Part shown: positions 31,291 to 40,000 of the stretch, piece after piece
How positions within the stretch are numbered: position 1 is the first letter of the stretch
How the letters are laid out: each line of letters begins with the position of its first letter
Source: Oligoflexales bacterium
Lineage (GTDB): Bacteria > Bdellovibrionota_B > Oligoflexia > Oligoflexales > Bog-1112
DNA length: 64,000 bases
Direction of reading: 5' to 3'
Assembly: GCA_045106415.1 (NCBI GenBank)
Contig: JBGCEP010000026.1
Coordinates: 32,001-96,000 of the forward strand
The notes under the pieces: model-generated
What the model was told of the DNA's origin: nothing
What the model saw: only the letters and a program-made list of their open reading frames with translations
Database searches by the model: none
Made by a program: the position numbers and the translations under genes

Positions 31291-32430
31291 ATGATTTTAT
31301 CGAGAGGGTTGATCGCTATAGGGATATGGTCTCTGATCAGCGCAGGATGTATCACTCGAAAAGATAAAGCGAACAATGAAGCAGCAGGGCCAAGTACGAT
31401 TGCTGCGAATTATAATTCATCAGCAGGTGAGATTATTATTCCTGTTCCAAAGGATTTGCCTGATGGGAAAACATTTTCTGCTTTCCCCAGCAATAGTAAC
31501 AGAAAGCCAAATATTCTTAATGGTTTGAATCTTGCTGATGAAACATGGGGTAGAAATACTTCTGGAAATGTTGAGTCCATGGATATTAAATGTTTTGCAC
31601 CTGCGAGTTTTGGAAAAAAAGAAGATTGGTATTTCTTTGCGCAAGTCTTATCAGGCGATTCCGTCCGTACAGAACAGGATTTTCAGCTCGATAATTGTGG
31701 AGACATTCAGATTAACGCTCGAGATCTTGATATTTCACAAACATATGTTGTTAGAGCTCAGTTTTACTATAGTACAGATGATAAAACGATCGTTTACTAT
31801 GAAGGAACTTCGAAGCCTTTCAAGCCGCAGGATCGAAGCCTAGATCTGATTTTAGAGAAGAAAAGAATTGATCAAGACGTTGAAGTTGATGTCCAAAAAA
31901 CAGAGTCTGAAATCTGTATGGAGAATGGTCATAAATGGACAGGTCGCGCTTGTGTGGGGGGAGATGCTTATGCAACGCTTCGGTTTGCGCATTCTGATTT
32001 GTGCTTAACTGAAAGTTCCGATGGCCGCCTGTTTCAAGCAACCTGTGATGGAACAACGCGTCAACAATTGAAATTAATTTTAAGGTTTAAGGCGTCGACG
32101 TATGACCCTCGGGCAACGAAAGGTGGTGGGTTGTATTCTCTGCAGTTTCAAAAAAGTAAACTATGCTTAACTGCAATCTCAGGGAAACCTCAATTAAGAG
32201 ATTGTTTATCTGGCGCAGCTTCAGCTGAACTACGATCAGCTCAAGCCTTCCGACTGGACTGGTCAGGTAAGACGGAACGGTTTCAAATGGTTGCTCTTCC
32301 AGTGGAATCAAGCACATGCCTTACGGTCGAATCAAATCTTTTAGAAACATCTCCTGTAGATTTTGGTTCGTGTAATCGTTCTGGTTCGAATGAAACAAAC
32401 CGTTTTTTCTACATGACACCGGCTCAGTAG
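31291..32430 (+). CDS. Lipoprotein with C-terminal ricin-B (beta-trefoil)-like domain
   Basis: ISAGC lipobox; three repeats of CLT...C...(Q/R)x(L/F). Confidence 0.7.
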   Translation: MILSRGLIAIGIWSLISAGCITRKDKANNEAAGPSTIAANYNSSAGEIIIPVPKDLPDGKTFSAFPSNSNRKPNILNGLNLADETWGRNTSGNVESMDIKCFAPASFGKKEDWYFFAQVLSGDSVRTEQDFQLDNCGDIQINARDLDISQTYVVRAQFYYSTDDKTIVYYEGTSKPFKPQDRSLDLILEKKRIDQDVEVDVQKTESEICMENGHKWTGRACVGGDAYATLRFAHSDLCLTESSDGRLFQATCDGTTRQQLKLILRFKASTYDPRATKGGGLYSLQFQKSKLCLTAISGKPQLRDCLSGAASAELRSAQAFRLDWSGKTERFQMVALPVESSTCLTVESNLLETSPVDFGSCNRSGSNETNRFFYMTPAQ

Positions 32431-32446
32431 GATGTGCTAGTGAAAT

Positions 32447-32486
32447 AAAAAAGAACTGCTTTCATGAGCGAAAGCAGTTCTTTTTT
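32447..32486. terminator. Bidirectional rho-independent terminator
   Basis: AAAAAAGAACTGCTTTC-ATGAGC-GAAAGCAGTTCTTTTTT between convergent genes. Confidence 0.85.
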
Positions 32487-32500
32487 ATGTTTTGAAATTT

Positions 32501-33649
32501 TTAGGATTGTTGTGACAAAGGAAGAGTTAAAGTAAAGGTTGTTCCTTCTCCCACAGTGCTTTCTACATCTAGAGATCCTTGCTCTTCTTCTATAATGCCT
32601 CTACAAATCGAAAGACCTAATCCGGTGCCTTGTTCTTTGTCTTTGGTGGTAAAAAATGCCTGGAAAATTTGCTCTAAATGTTCTTGCTTAATTCCTGGAC
32701 CATTATCTATGACCTGAATGAGAACTTTATCGTCTGCAGTTTTAGCGTCGAGTGTGATTTTTTTCTCATGGATTTCACTGTCTTTTAAAGCATCTGCTGC
32801 ATTGGAGATTAGGTTTATAATGACTTGCTCTATTTTGTCTGACCGAGCCCAAAAACAAATTGATTTTTCAAGTGTGTTGTTTGTTAAGAAGGCCCCGCTT
32901 GCTTTAATGCGGTTTTCAACAATGAGGAGGCAATTATCTAACATTTCAGAGAGTTCAACCTCTTCAATGGGCCGCACTTCTTGTCTCATGAACTGTTGTA
33001 AATGAGTTGTTAGTCGGGCGATGTGCTTTGCTGCTTTGTCTATTTTTTCAGGGATTTTTTCTAAAAGGTTTGCATCATTGTTTTCTATCGCTTTTTTTAA
33101 GAAGTGGTTGTACGAGGTGATGATCGAAAGGGGGTTACGAATATCGTGTATAATACCAGCAGAAAGTTCTCCAATTGAAGCGAGTTTGCTCTGCTCGTGA
33201 AGTTGGGACTTAAGTGAGGCAACCTCCCTTAAGTCTCTTATAATACTGAATGTTTTTATGAATTCGTCGCCTCTGTAAATTGAAATCGAACGAATTTCAA
33301 TAGAAATTTTCTCACCAGATTTTGTGAGCATTTGAGTTTGGACCCCTTGAATAAGTCCAACTTTTTTTAACTCCTTGAAACCTAATTTGACTTTGTCTTG
33401 AATTTCCTCGGGATAAAGCTCATAAATGCTTTTACCAATGAGTTCGTCTAAACTATAGCCTAATAATTCAGTGGCTTTTTTGTTGGTAGAAAGAATATGG
33501 CCATTACGGTCTACAGAGTGAATAATATCTGGGAAACTCCAAACGATTTCCTCAAAAATATTTTTAGATATCGAGTTATCATCCTTTACTGAATCAGCAA
33601 GGCTTAAAACTTCATCATGTGTCTTATCATGGCTCATATCGACTTTCAT
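32501..33649 (-). CDS. Cytoplasmic PAS sensor histidine kinase
   Basis: PAS domain, HDIRNPL H-box, NLISNA, DNGPGI and GTGLGL. Confidence 0.93.
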   Translation of the reverse strand: MKVDMSHDKTHDEVLSLADSVKDDNSISKNIFEEIVWSFPDIIHSVDRNGHILSTNKKATELLGYSLDELIGKSIYELYPEEIQDKVKLGFKELKKVGLIQGVQTQMLTKSGEKISIEIRSISIYRGDEFIKTFSIIRDLREVASLKSQLHEQSKLASIGELSAGIIHDIRNPLSIITSYNHFLKKAIENNDANLLEKIPEKIDKAAKHIARLTTHLQQFMRQEVRPIEEVELSEMLDNCLLIVENRIKASGAFLTNNTLEKSICFWARSDKIEQVIINLISNAADALKDSEIHEKKITLDAKTADDKVLIQVIDNGPGIKQEHLEQIFQAFFTTKDKEQGTGLGLSICRGIIEEEQGSLDVESTVGEGTTFTLTLPLSQQS

Positions 33650-33743
33650 AAGCTACCTATGTTATGCAATCGGAGCTATACGGCGCTTTTATGAGTGCCT
33701 GTGGCTTACTTTTTTAAAAAGTTTTTTTTTTATAAATACTTAG

Positions 33744-34091
33744 GTGAAAAAAATGTCCGGTTTAGATAAAAAATGCCCAGAATGGGCACAGCAAGCGATT
33801 GAACAGTTAAGACAAATTGAGGTTTATTTAGGCCATATTCCAAAAGCATCGGATTGGGGAGCTGACTTTATAGATAAAGTTAACTCTAGAGCTTTTTCAC
33901 CTGAGGACCAGGTTTTTGATGAAGATAAAGCTCAACTTGTATTCCAAAAAATTTGTGTCAGTCTGACTCAAGAGAGTGCAGAGTGGACTCCTGAGCGTAT
34001 CGCTGAAGTGATTAATCTGAGGATCGGTTACAGTGAAGGGCCAAAATATTGTGATGCAAGTGAAGTAAAAGACGCTTTAGAAGCTGTCTGA
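33744..34091 (+). CDS. Hypothetical protein
   Basis: 115-aa ORF with protein-like composition filling the gap. Confidence 0.65.
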   Translation: MKKMSGLDKKCPEWAQQAIEQLRQIEVYLGHIPKASDWGADFIDKVNSRAFSPEDQVFDEDKAQLVFQKICVSLTQESAEWTPERIAEVINLRIGYSEGPKYCDASEVKDALEAV

Positions 34092-34099
34092 TATTTAAG

Positions 34100-34496
34100 T
34101 TATTGGAATATAGTGAAGCGGCCCTCATGTTTCAGATGAGGTAAATATACTGTTCCTAATATATGACTGATGATTCATGGGGAATGGTCATACTAATGAC
34201 GTAAATTAAACATTAAATATAGGTTTGATTTCAAGTCGTTGTTACCATTCTCCTGGCATACATTCGTATCGTAGAGGTATGCGGTATGGAAAAGGTGTTG
34301 TCGGAACTTGAAAATCGAGAAGAAGAGCAATAGGCTTTTTGTATTACAGGCATTTAAGTAGGGTGAAAGGACTTTTGCTTGGCTTAATCGATAAAAAAGC
34401 TTGTAAGGAGTTATGAAAAACTAACACACCACCAAGAATCCATGAGCTTTATTGGTCATATGATAATTGACCTAAAAAAAATATGGGATCATTCAT
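34100..34496 (-). pseudogene. Possible eroded gene remnant
   Basis: One minus-strand frame from an ATG (~34496) reads protein-like through several in-frame stops; no family recognised. Confidence 0.25.
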
Positions 34497-34543
34497 AAAA
34501 GACTTAAAACGCAGCCATACAGCTTCTTAGAAGGTTTTGATAG

Positions 34544-35422
34544 TTAATAATGTTGAAGATTGATGTGCTGGAACAATTGTGGAAGCTCCTCAGAACTCAG
34601 TGGTTTTGGTTTTGGCAGTAATCCACACTGAAAAGCGGCAAGGCCTAAAAGTTCTTCAGGTTTTCTAGAAAACTCTCGAATGTGAGTGCTACGAGTTCTT
34701 TTGGAAAGTTTTTGGTTTTCCTTATCTATAATGAGAGGGTGATGGAAATAAATTGGCCTTTGTTGTTGAGGTAAGAGCTCTTGAGCAAGAAGTATTTGGC
34801 GTGCGCTAGAGTCTCGGAGATCTTCCCCTCTGATAATGAGATTTACGTTCTCATGTATATCATCAACAGTGACAGCAAATTGATAAGTCCAGTTACCTTT
34901 TCTGTCTTTAATTAAAAAATCACCACATTGTTGGTGAGGAGCGTCCGTTTGAGGACCTAAGTTTGAGTCCTTCCATGCAATATTTTCTGGTGTCACGATA
35001 AATCGAATTCCATCGATAGAGTTTGGTGTGATGTGATGATTTCGGCAGTTTCCGTTGTAGTACAATTCTTGTGCATGGCCAGGTTGCTTTTTGAGTATGT
35101 CTTTGCGGGTGCAATGACAAAAATAGGCTTTTCCGGATTTTATAAGTTTGTCAGAAGATTTTGCAAATCTATTGAGGTGTTCGCTTTGAATGCTGATTTC
35201 ATCAGGCTGCATTTTTAACCATTTTAGGTCCTCTAGAATCATTTGAACCCATTCAGATTTCGATCTTTGACGATCATGATCCTCAATACGTAGTATGACT
35301 TTCCCCCCATATTTTTTTGCGATTCCCCAGACATAAATTGCTGAAACAAGATTACCAATATGTAGGGGACCTGTAGGGCTAGGAGCGAAGCGAGTGATCA
35401 ATGAGGATGAAATGTGCATCAT
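34544..35422 (-). CDS. gluQ: Glutamyl-Q tRNA(Asp) synthetase
   Basis: TRFAPSPTGPLHIGN, CHC...Y...C zinc motif, IIRGEDL and KLSKR. Lacks an anticodon-binding domain (292 aa). Confidence 0.85.
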   Translation of the reverse strand: MMHISSSLITRFAPSPTGPLHIGNLVSAIYVWGIAKKYGGKVILRIEDHDRQRSKSEWVQMILEDLKWLKMQPDEISIQSEHLNRFAKSSDKLIKSGKAYFCHCTRKDILKKQPGHAQELYYNGNCRNHHITPNSIDGIRFIVTPENIAWKDSNLGPQTDAPHQQCGDFLIKDRKGNWTYQFAVTVDDIHENVNLIIRGEDLRDSSARQILLAQELLPQQQRPIYFHHPLIIDKENQKLSKRTRSTHIREFSRKPEELLGLAAFQCGLLPKPKPLSSEELPQLFQHINLQHY

Positions 35423-35538
35423 TCAAAAACTCCGTGATAAAAACACTCTTAAGATAACAGTATTGATGAGAAATGTACTTGTGTTTTTATCTACGATAAA
35501 AAATTTCGTTGTATAATATGAGAACCTATGGGGAGAAA

Positions 35539-36654
35539 ATGATGATGTTGCCATGGAAAATTTTTATATACTTTTTCTTTTTAGTTTCATGTCAAAATTT
35601 CGGTGATCAATCTGTGATTACAGAATCTGAAAAGCGGATGACAAAATCTAAGCTATACATGGAGGCTCATGATGATGGAAATTCTTTTGCGTGCGCCTCT
35701 TGTCATGGTTTAACTGACGAAGGTGTGGTGAGAAGAGCTGGGCACCCATTGACTAATGTGACTCTTCGTCCAAATTATAAAAATGGTCATATCTCTACGT
35801 TAAGAGAAGCTGTCAATAATTGTAGAGTTTCTTGGATGAATGCTCCTGAATGGGATGAAAATGATTTAAAATGGCAAGATTTATTGGGTTTTTTGAAAGA
35901 ACAAACGATTGTTATAGAAAAAGAAATAAAACCCGTTGAGTACCATATTATTCAACCTCCTGATGATGTTTCAAGTGGTAATGAAGTAGTAGGCCAAGAG
36001 TTATTTAATAAGAGCTGTCTTATTTGTCATGGGCGAAATGGTGTAGGAACTGTGCAGGGTCCTGGTCTTGAGCGTATTCAATTGTCAGATAGTGTTATTG
36101 CAAAGCGGTTGCGCTTGTCAGGTCCAGAGGAAGATCCTGTTTATAATGAACTTGAGGGCGGGAAAATGCCCTTTTGGTCGCAGGAACGTTTATCTGATGA
36201 TGAGATGAGAAATATTATTTCTTTCTTACAATCGCAATCTGCTCTTAAAAGAAAAACATCTGAGCCTCCAGTTCCTCAAACAGAACGAGTCGATTTATCT
36301 TTGAGTGAAAGCCAAAAAAACTGTGGAAAAACATCTCAATATATCGGAAAGAAAATGACTCTTCGAAAAAGATTTCATGAAGTGAGTGGAACAATCACAA
36401 TTATTGATGATTGCACATTGCACTTTGATCAATTTTTTTACGATGGTCTGGGAGTGGATGTGCGAGTGTATGCAGGTAAAAATAATGATTTTGATAACGG
36501 TTTAACAATAAGTCAGAATATTTTAGGTCGCACTTTTCAAGGAGGAAAGGCGAGTTTAAGATTACCTGAAGGAATGAATTTAACAGACTTCAATAGCCTG
36601 TCGATATGGTGTGTGCCTATTGGCATTAGTTTTGGAGAAGGTGTTTTTATGTAG
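35539..36654 (+). CDS. Diheme cytochrome c lipoprotein with C-terminal DM13 domain
   Basis: LVSC lipobox; CASCH and CLICH; C-terminal HEVSGTITIID...YDG...IWC...SFG (DM13). Confidence 0.8.
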   Translation: MMMLPWKIFIYFFFLVSCQNFGDQSVITESEKRMTKSKLYMEAHDDGNSFACASCHGLTDEGVVRRAGHPLTNVTLRPNYKNGHISTLREAVNNCRVSWMNAPEWDENDLKWQDLLGFLKEQTIVIEKEIKPVEYHIIQPPDDVSSGNEVVGQELFNKSCLICHGRNGVGTVQGPGLERIQLSDSVIAKRLRLSGPEEDPVYNELEGGKMPFWSQERLSDDEMRNIISFLQSQSALKRKTSEPPVPQTERVDLSLSESQKNCGKTSQYIGKKMTLRKRFHEVSGTITIIDDCTLHFDQFFYDGLGVDVRVYAGKNNDFDNGLTISQNILGRTFQGGKASLRLPEGMNLTDFNSLSIWCVPIGISFGEGVFM

Positions 36655-36678
36655 TTTTATTTATATGAAAAATAAATA

Positions 36679-37590
36679 TTATCTCAACCAAATCGTCGAA
36701 CGGAACAATCTTCCTTCCTGAGATTTATCTGGATCATTGTGTTTATTCCAAGCGAAAACTTGTATGTGAGGGCATTCATGAATATTGGCAATGTCTTGTG
36801 AATTAAGGCGAAAACTGTCCATTTGTTGTTGCGTCATAGCTGCAATTTGTGTGCGAGGGCCTGGAAAAGGTCCTTGGCGAGCTCCTAAAAGCCGCCCAAC
36901 AGGATCTGTGACAAAAATCATTTCGATATGATGTTCAGGGAGAGGAGAGTGATCGACTTCAACAACAAAGTACCCATTTGGTTGTACGGATTTGAGATAA
37001 GGTTCCATAAGATTTTGTTGCTGAATTGCCGTTGGCGACAAACGGTATACAGAGGAAAAGAGTCCTCGAAAACGACTGCTAGCTAGATCGTTTCTTAAAA
37101 TACTTGGTAGAAAAAGCATATTAGAATTAATACGTGTCATGTCAGGGGTGTTTATCGTACCTGTTCTATAGACGTGCTGTTTAGTTCCTTCTACAATGCG
37201 ATAATAAATTTTCCAGTTTCCTGTGAGATTTAAATTATGAAAAATAGCATATGGTGGAAACCCAGAAATAGGCATTTTTTCATGCTGTTGATAAACCCTT
37301 AAATTAGAGACTTGATCACCATCTTGTTGTGATTGGGCAAGCACAACTCTGTCTACCCACCTATTTGCTGTTTGAGGCTCACGTATAAGAATTTGAAGGC
37401 TTGCTCTAGATTGTGGTGGTGTATAAAAACCATCTTGTGCAACATTCTTTAAATGAAAACCGTCTATCCAATAAAGAAGCTTGTCTTCATCTGCTTTTCC
37501 AGGTGCTAGTTGCCCTAAGACGTCTTCTTGCGTTGGGCAGTTGTCTTCAGAGAGATTTAGTCGAAGTAAGTTTCGCCGGCTTACATCCAT
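36679..37590 (-). CDS. Hypothetical protein with twin-arginine-like N-terminus
   Basis: MDVSRRNLLR; His cluster DHSPLPEHHI; start overlaps the upstream stop. Confidence 0.7.
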   Translation of the reverse strand: MDVSRRNLLRLNLSEDNCPTQEDVLGQLAPGKADEDKLLYWIDGFHLKNVAQDGFYTPPQSRASLQILIREPQTANRWVDRVVLAQSQQDGDQVSNLRVYQQHEKMPISGFPPYAIFHNLNLTGNWKIYYRIVEGTKQHVYRTGTINTPDMTRINSNMLFLPSILRNDLASSRFRGLFSSVYRLSPTAIQQQNLMEPYLKSVQPNGYFVVEVDHSPLPEHHIEMIFVTDPVGRLLGARQGPFPGPRTQIAAMTQQQMDSFRLNSQDIANIHECPHIQVFAWNKHNDPDKSQEGRLFRSTIWLR

Positions 37591-38555
37591 TAGTTTGTCC
37601 TTACAAGAGTTCGGTAGACAGCACTTCCTACGGTTTTTTCACTAATAAAAAATGGATGTTCTATGATATTTCGAAATGAACCCGGAGTTGCAATTGGGTT
37701 TCCTAAAAGATCGGTGATTATTGTCCCTTGGAGCTCGACGGCTGGTTGATAAGTTGACCCTTGGCGTGCAACGACCATAGGATAGGGAATGCCAGAAACA
37801 TCAATTTGGCTAAAATCTGCTGCTTTAATTAGCTCAGAAAAGCGTCCTTCTGTAATATTATGTAAGGCTGCATCTTGTGGGTAAAATCGTCCTTGTCTGT
37901 GATGAGAGGATTGCTCTGCTGTAAATGTTGTTGACTGCAGAGTTTTGATCGATATTTTACCAAGTGTGACGTTATTGATTTCTACGTTCCCTAAGTCAGA
38001 CTTATAGAACTCTTGCCCCCCAGGGTTATTAAGCTGAATAACTAAACTAAGCGCATTTCCTGCGGTCGCATTTTTTTGAAGATCGACACCTTCAAAGAGG
38101 ATAGGGTGAATGAAATCTTCTTTAGTGATGTCCGCAGGGCTGATTTCTTTACGAAACAAAGTTTGACCACTGCTGCGACATAGAATCACTGTTTTTAATT
38201 TACCGTGTGTATATTTTTGAAAACCAACAGCTACGAGTGCAAATTTTTCTGGGCTGTAGGCTTTGACTGTAGGCGTTAAAGCTTCAGGAACATTTGGAAG
38301 AGTAGAAAGATCAATCGTGCCAGGAGGAGGGCATGTGTCTGAACTGATTGCTGGATCAAAATCAGGGTTTTCAACCTCTTCTTGTATTGTACCCTCATCT
38401 TTATTTTCTTTTTCTGGTGTATTTGTTGTTTCTGAGAGTGGAGGAGAAGATTCCGGTTGGTCATTTGATTTATTCTGCGGCAAACAACTTAAAGGAGAAA
38501 GTCCCCATAAGCTTAGAAAAAATCTTCTATTGACCTTGAACCCTGGAGTCTTCAC
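37590..38555 (-). CDS. Putative Tat lipoprotein
   Basis: NRRFFL plus hydrophobic stretch and PLSC; acidic linker. Confidence 0.7.
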   Translation of the reverse strand: MKTPGFKVNRRFFLSLWGLSPLSCLPQNKSNDQPESSPPLSETTNTPEKENKDEGTIQEEVENPDFDPAISSDTCPPPGTIDLSTLPNVPEALTPTVKAYSPEKFALVAVGFQKYTHGKLKTVILCRSSGQTLFRKEISPADITKEDFIHPILFEGVDLQKNATAGNALSLVIQLNNPGGQEFYKSDLGNVEINNVTLGKISIKTLQSTTFTAEQSSHHRQGRFYPQDAALHNITEGRFSELIKAADFSQIDVSGIPYPMVVARQGSTYQPAVELQGTIITDLLGNPIATPGSFRNIIEHPFFISEKTVGSAVYRTLVRTN

Positions 38556-40000
38556 CCATGTCCTCCACCGGTAGAAGGAGGAGTGCGAGAGTGCTGACGA
38601 TTATTATTTTCTGGCACCGTTAAGGACATACCATGCTCTTGAAGATTTAAAATCCAATGAGGCCAAGATGATGTGTGATCTTTTGCGAAATATCCTTGTT
38701 GATTTTTTCCAAAAAGGGAAGGGGCTCGTATAAGTCTTTGAATGAGAATGGTGCGTAAGGCATCCTTGCGGAACGAGTCATGAGTTAAGTGTCCAATATG
38801 AAAACCAAGCATGCGAAAATCAGCATCAATCACTTCATTTGGATTTAAAAACCACGGATTGGAACTCGATATGTTGATAGGAAGCTTACTGTATTGAGGG
38901 ATGAAATCAGCAAAGAAAGAGTCTTGTAGAAAATGATCCCAGGGGTCAGTTAAGCCTTTTGAGCGCCATTCATGGTGACCAAGAAGTGGGAATTGATCAA
39001 CGCCATGATAGCGAAAAAGTTTGATGAAATGTCGAACGGTTCTGAAGTCATCAGGAATAAAAATAGCTTGAGCTTTAGGCTGTGGCTTTAAAATAACTTT
39101 TTTAGAATCAAAAGGTAATCCTGCTTTGTCTGCAGCAAGAGCGGCTTTCCGAAGAGCGTCACGATACTCTTCGGGACGATCATTTGAATGTGTGTGGAAG
39201 ACTGCTCCTGCAGCATAGTTCATGGAATTGAAGTCTCCTGGGACATAAGGAATGACTTCTGAAACTTCAATGTGCAGCTCTTCTGCTTTCTTTTGAAACC
39301 TTTCAACGATGTTGTCTGCACCACCATGACTAGGTTTAAGGACAGCGATTTTATGAAAATTTCTTGTGAGGCTTTGACGTAATAGTCCATGTGCTAATTG
39401 ACTTGGATCTGGAAAAAATTGGTATGCATAGATTTTGTTTTCGATAAATTTAGCATTCTGATTCAGAATTAATGTGGGACGCTCAAGTCCATCGCTCCAT
39501 TTTGTTAGGATTTCTGCTTCGTTTTGTAAAAGTCCGCCGATAATAATGGCAACATCATCATCAAAGACAAGTTGAGATAAAGGCTCTAAAATTCCTTTAG
39601 ATGTGGTGGTGCTACGAACAACAAAAAGATCAGGAGGTAAATTGTAATCTTGAACAGCTTGTTTAAGCCCTGCGAGTAAACTTTGAGACAGTTCACGGTA
39701 AGGTCCAGATAAAGGTAGTAAAAGCCCTATCTTATTTTGATGTTTGCGTAAAGCGTGTCTTATGATTTTCATGCTTTTATTTCGATATTTTTTTGCGCAG
39801 TGTTTTGTTTGTAGCCTAGAGAAAAGATAAGGTTTTGAAGTTGTTTGTGACATCGGAGGGCGGTACATGGATAATCGATGATAATAAGGTTGTGATCGAC
39901 GTATCGCATCTTTGCATACTTTGCGTGTCCCAGCTTGAATCTCTAAAAGAGAAAAACAACAAAAAGAAACAAATATGAATATTATTTTTGTTGTCATCAA
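38552..40000 (-). CDS. LpoA/LppC C-terminal-like periplasmic binding protein (PBP activator-like)
   Basis: IGLLLPLSG, AIIIGG and AIFIPD; type I periplasmic-binding fold pattern; coupled to PBP1A. Confidence 0.75.
   Translation of the reverse strand: MMTTKIIFIFVSFCCFSLLEIQAGTRKVCKDAIRRSQPYYHRLSMYRPPMSQTTSKPYLFSRLQTKHCAKKYRNKSMKIIRHALRKHQNKIGLLLPLSGPYRELSQSLLAGLKQAVQDYNLPPDLFVVRSTTTSKGILEPLSQLVFDDDVAIIIGGLLQNEAEILTKWSDGLERPTLILNQNAKFIENKIYAYQFFPDPSQLAHGLLRQSLTRNFHKIAVLKPSHGGADNIVERFQKKAEELHIEVSEVIPYVPGDFNSMNYAAGAVFHTHSNDRPEEYRDALRKAALAADKAGLPFDSKKVILKPQPKAQAIFIPDDFRTVRHFIKLFRYHGVDQFPLLGHHEWRSKGLTDPWDHFLQDSFFADFIPQYSKLPINISSSNPWFLNPNEVIDADFRMLGFHIGHLTHDSFRKDALRTILIQRLIRAPSLFGKNQQGYFAKDHTSSWPHWILNLQEHGMSLTVPENNNRQHSRTPPSTGGGHG

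Noticed and set aside
34544..35422. Functional clustering of gluQ with its substrate tRNA-Asp
   Set aside because: They are 14 kb apart with unrelated genes between, so this is probably coincidental.
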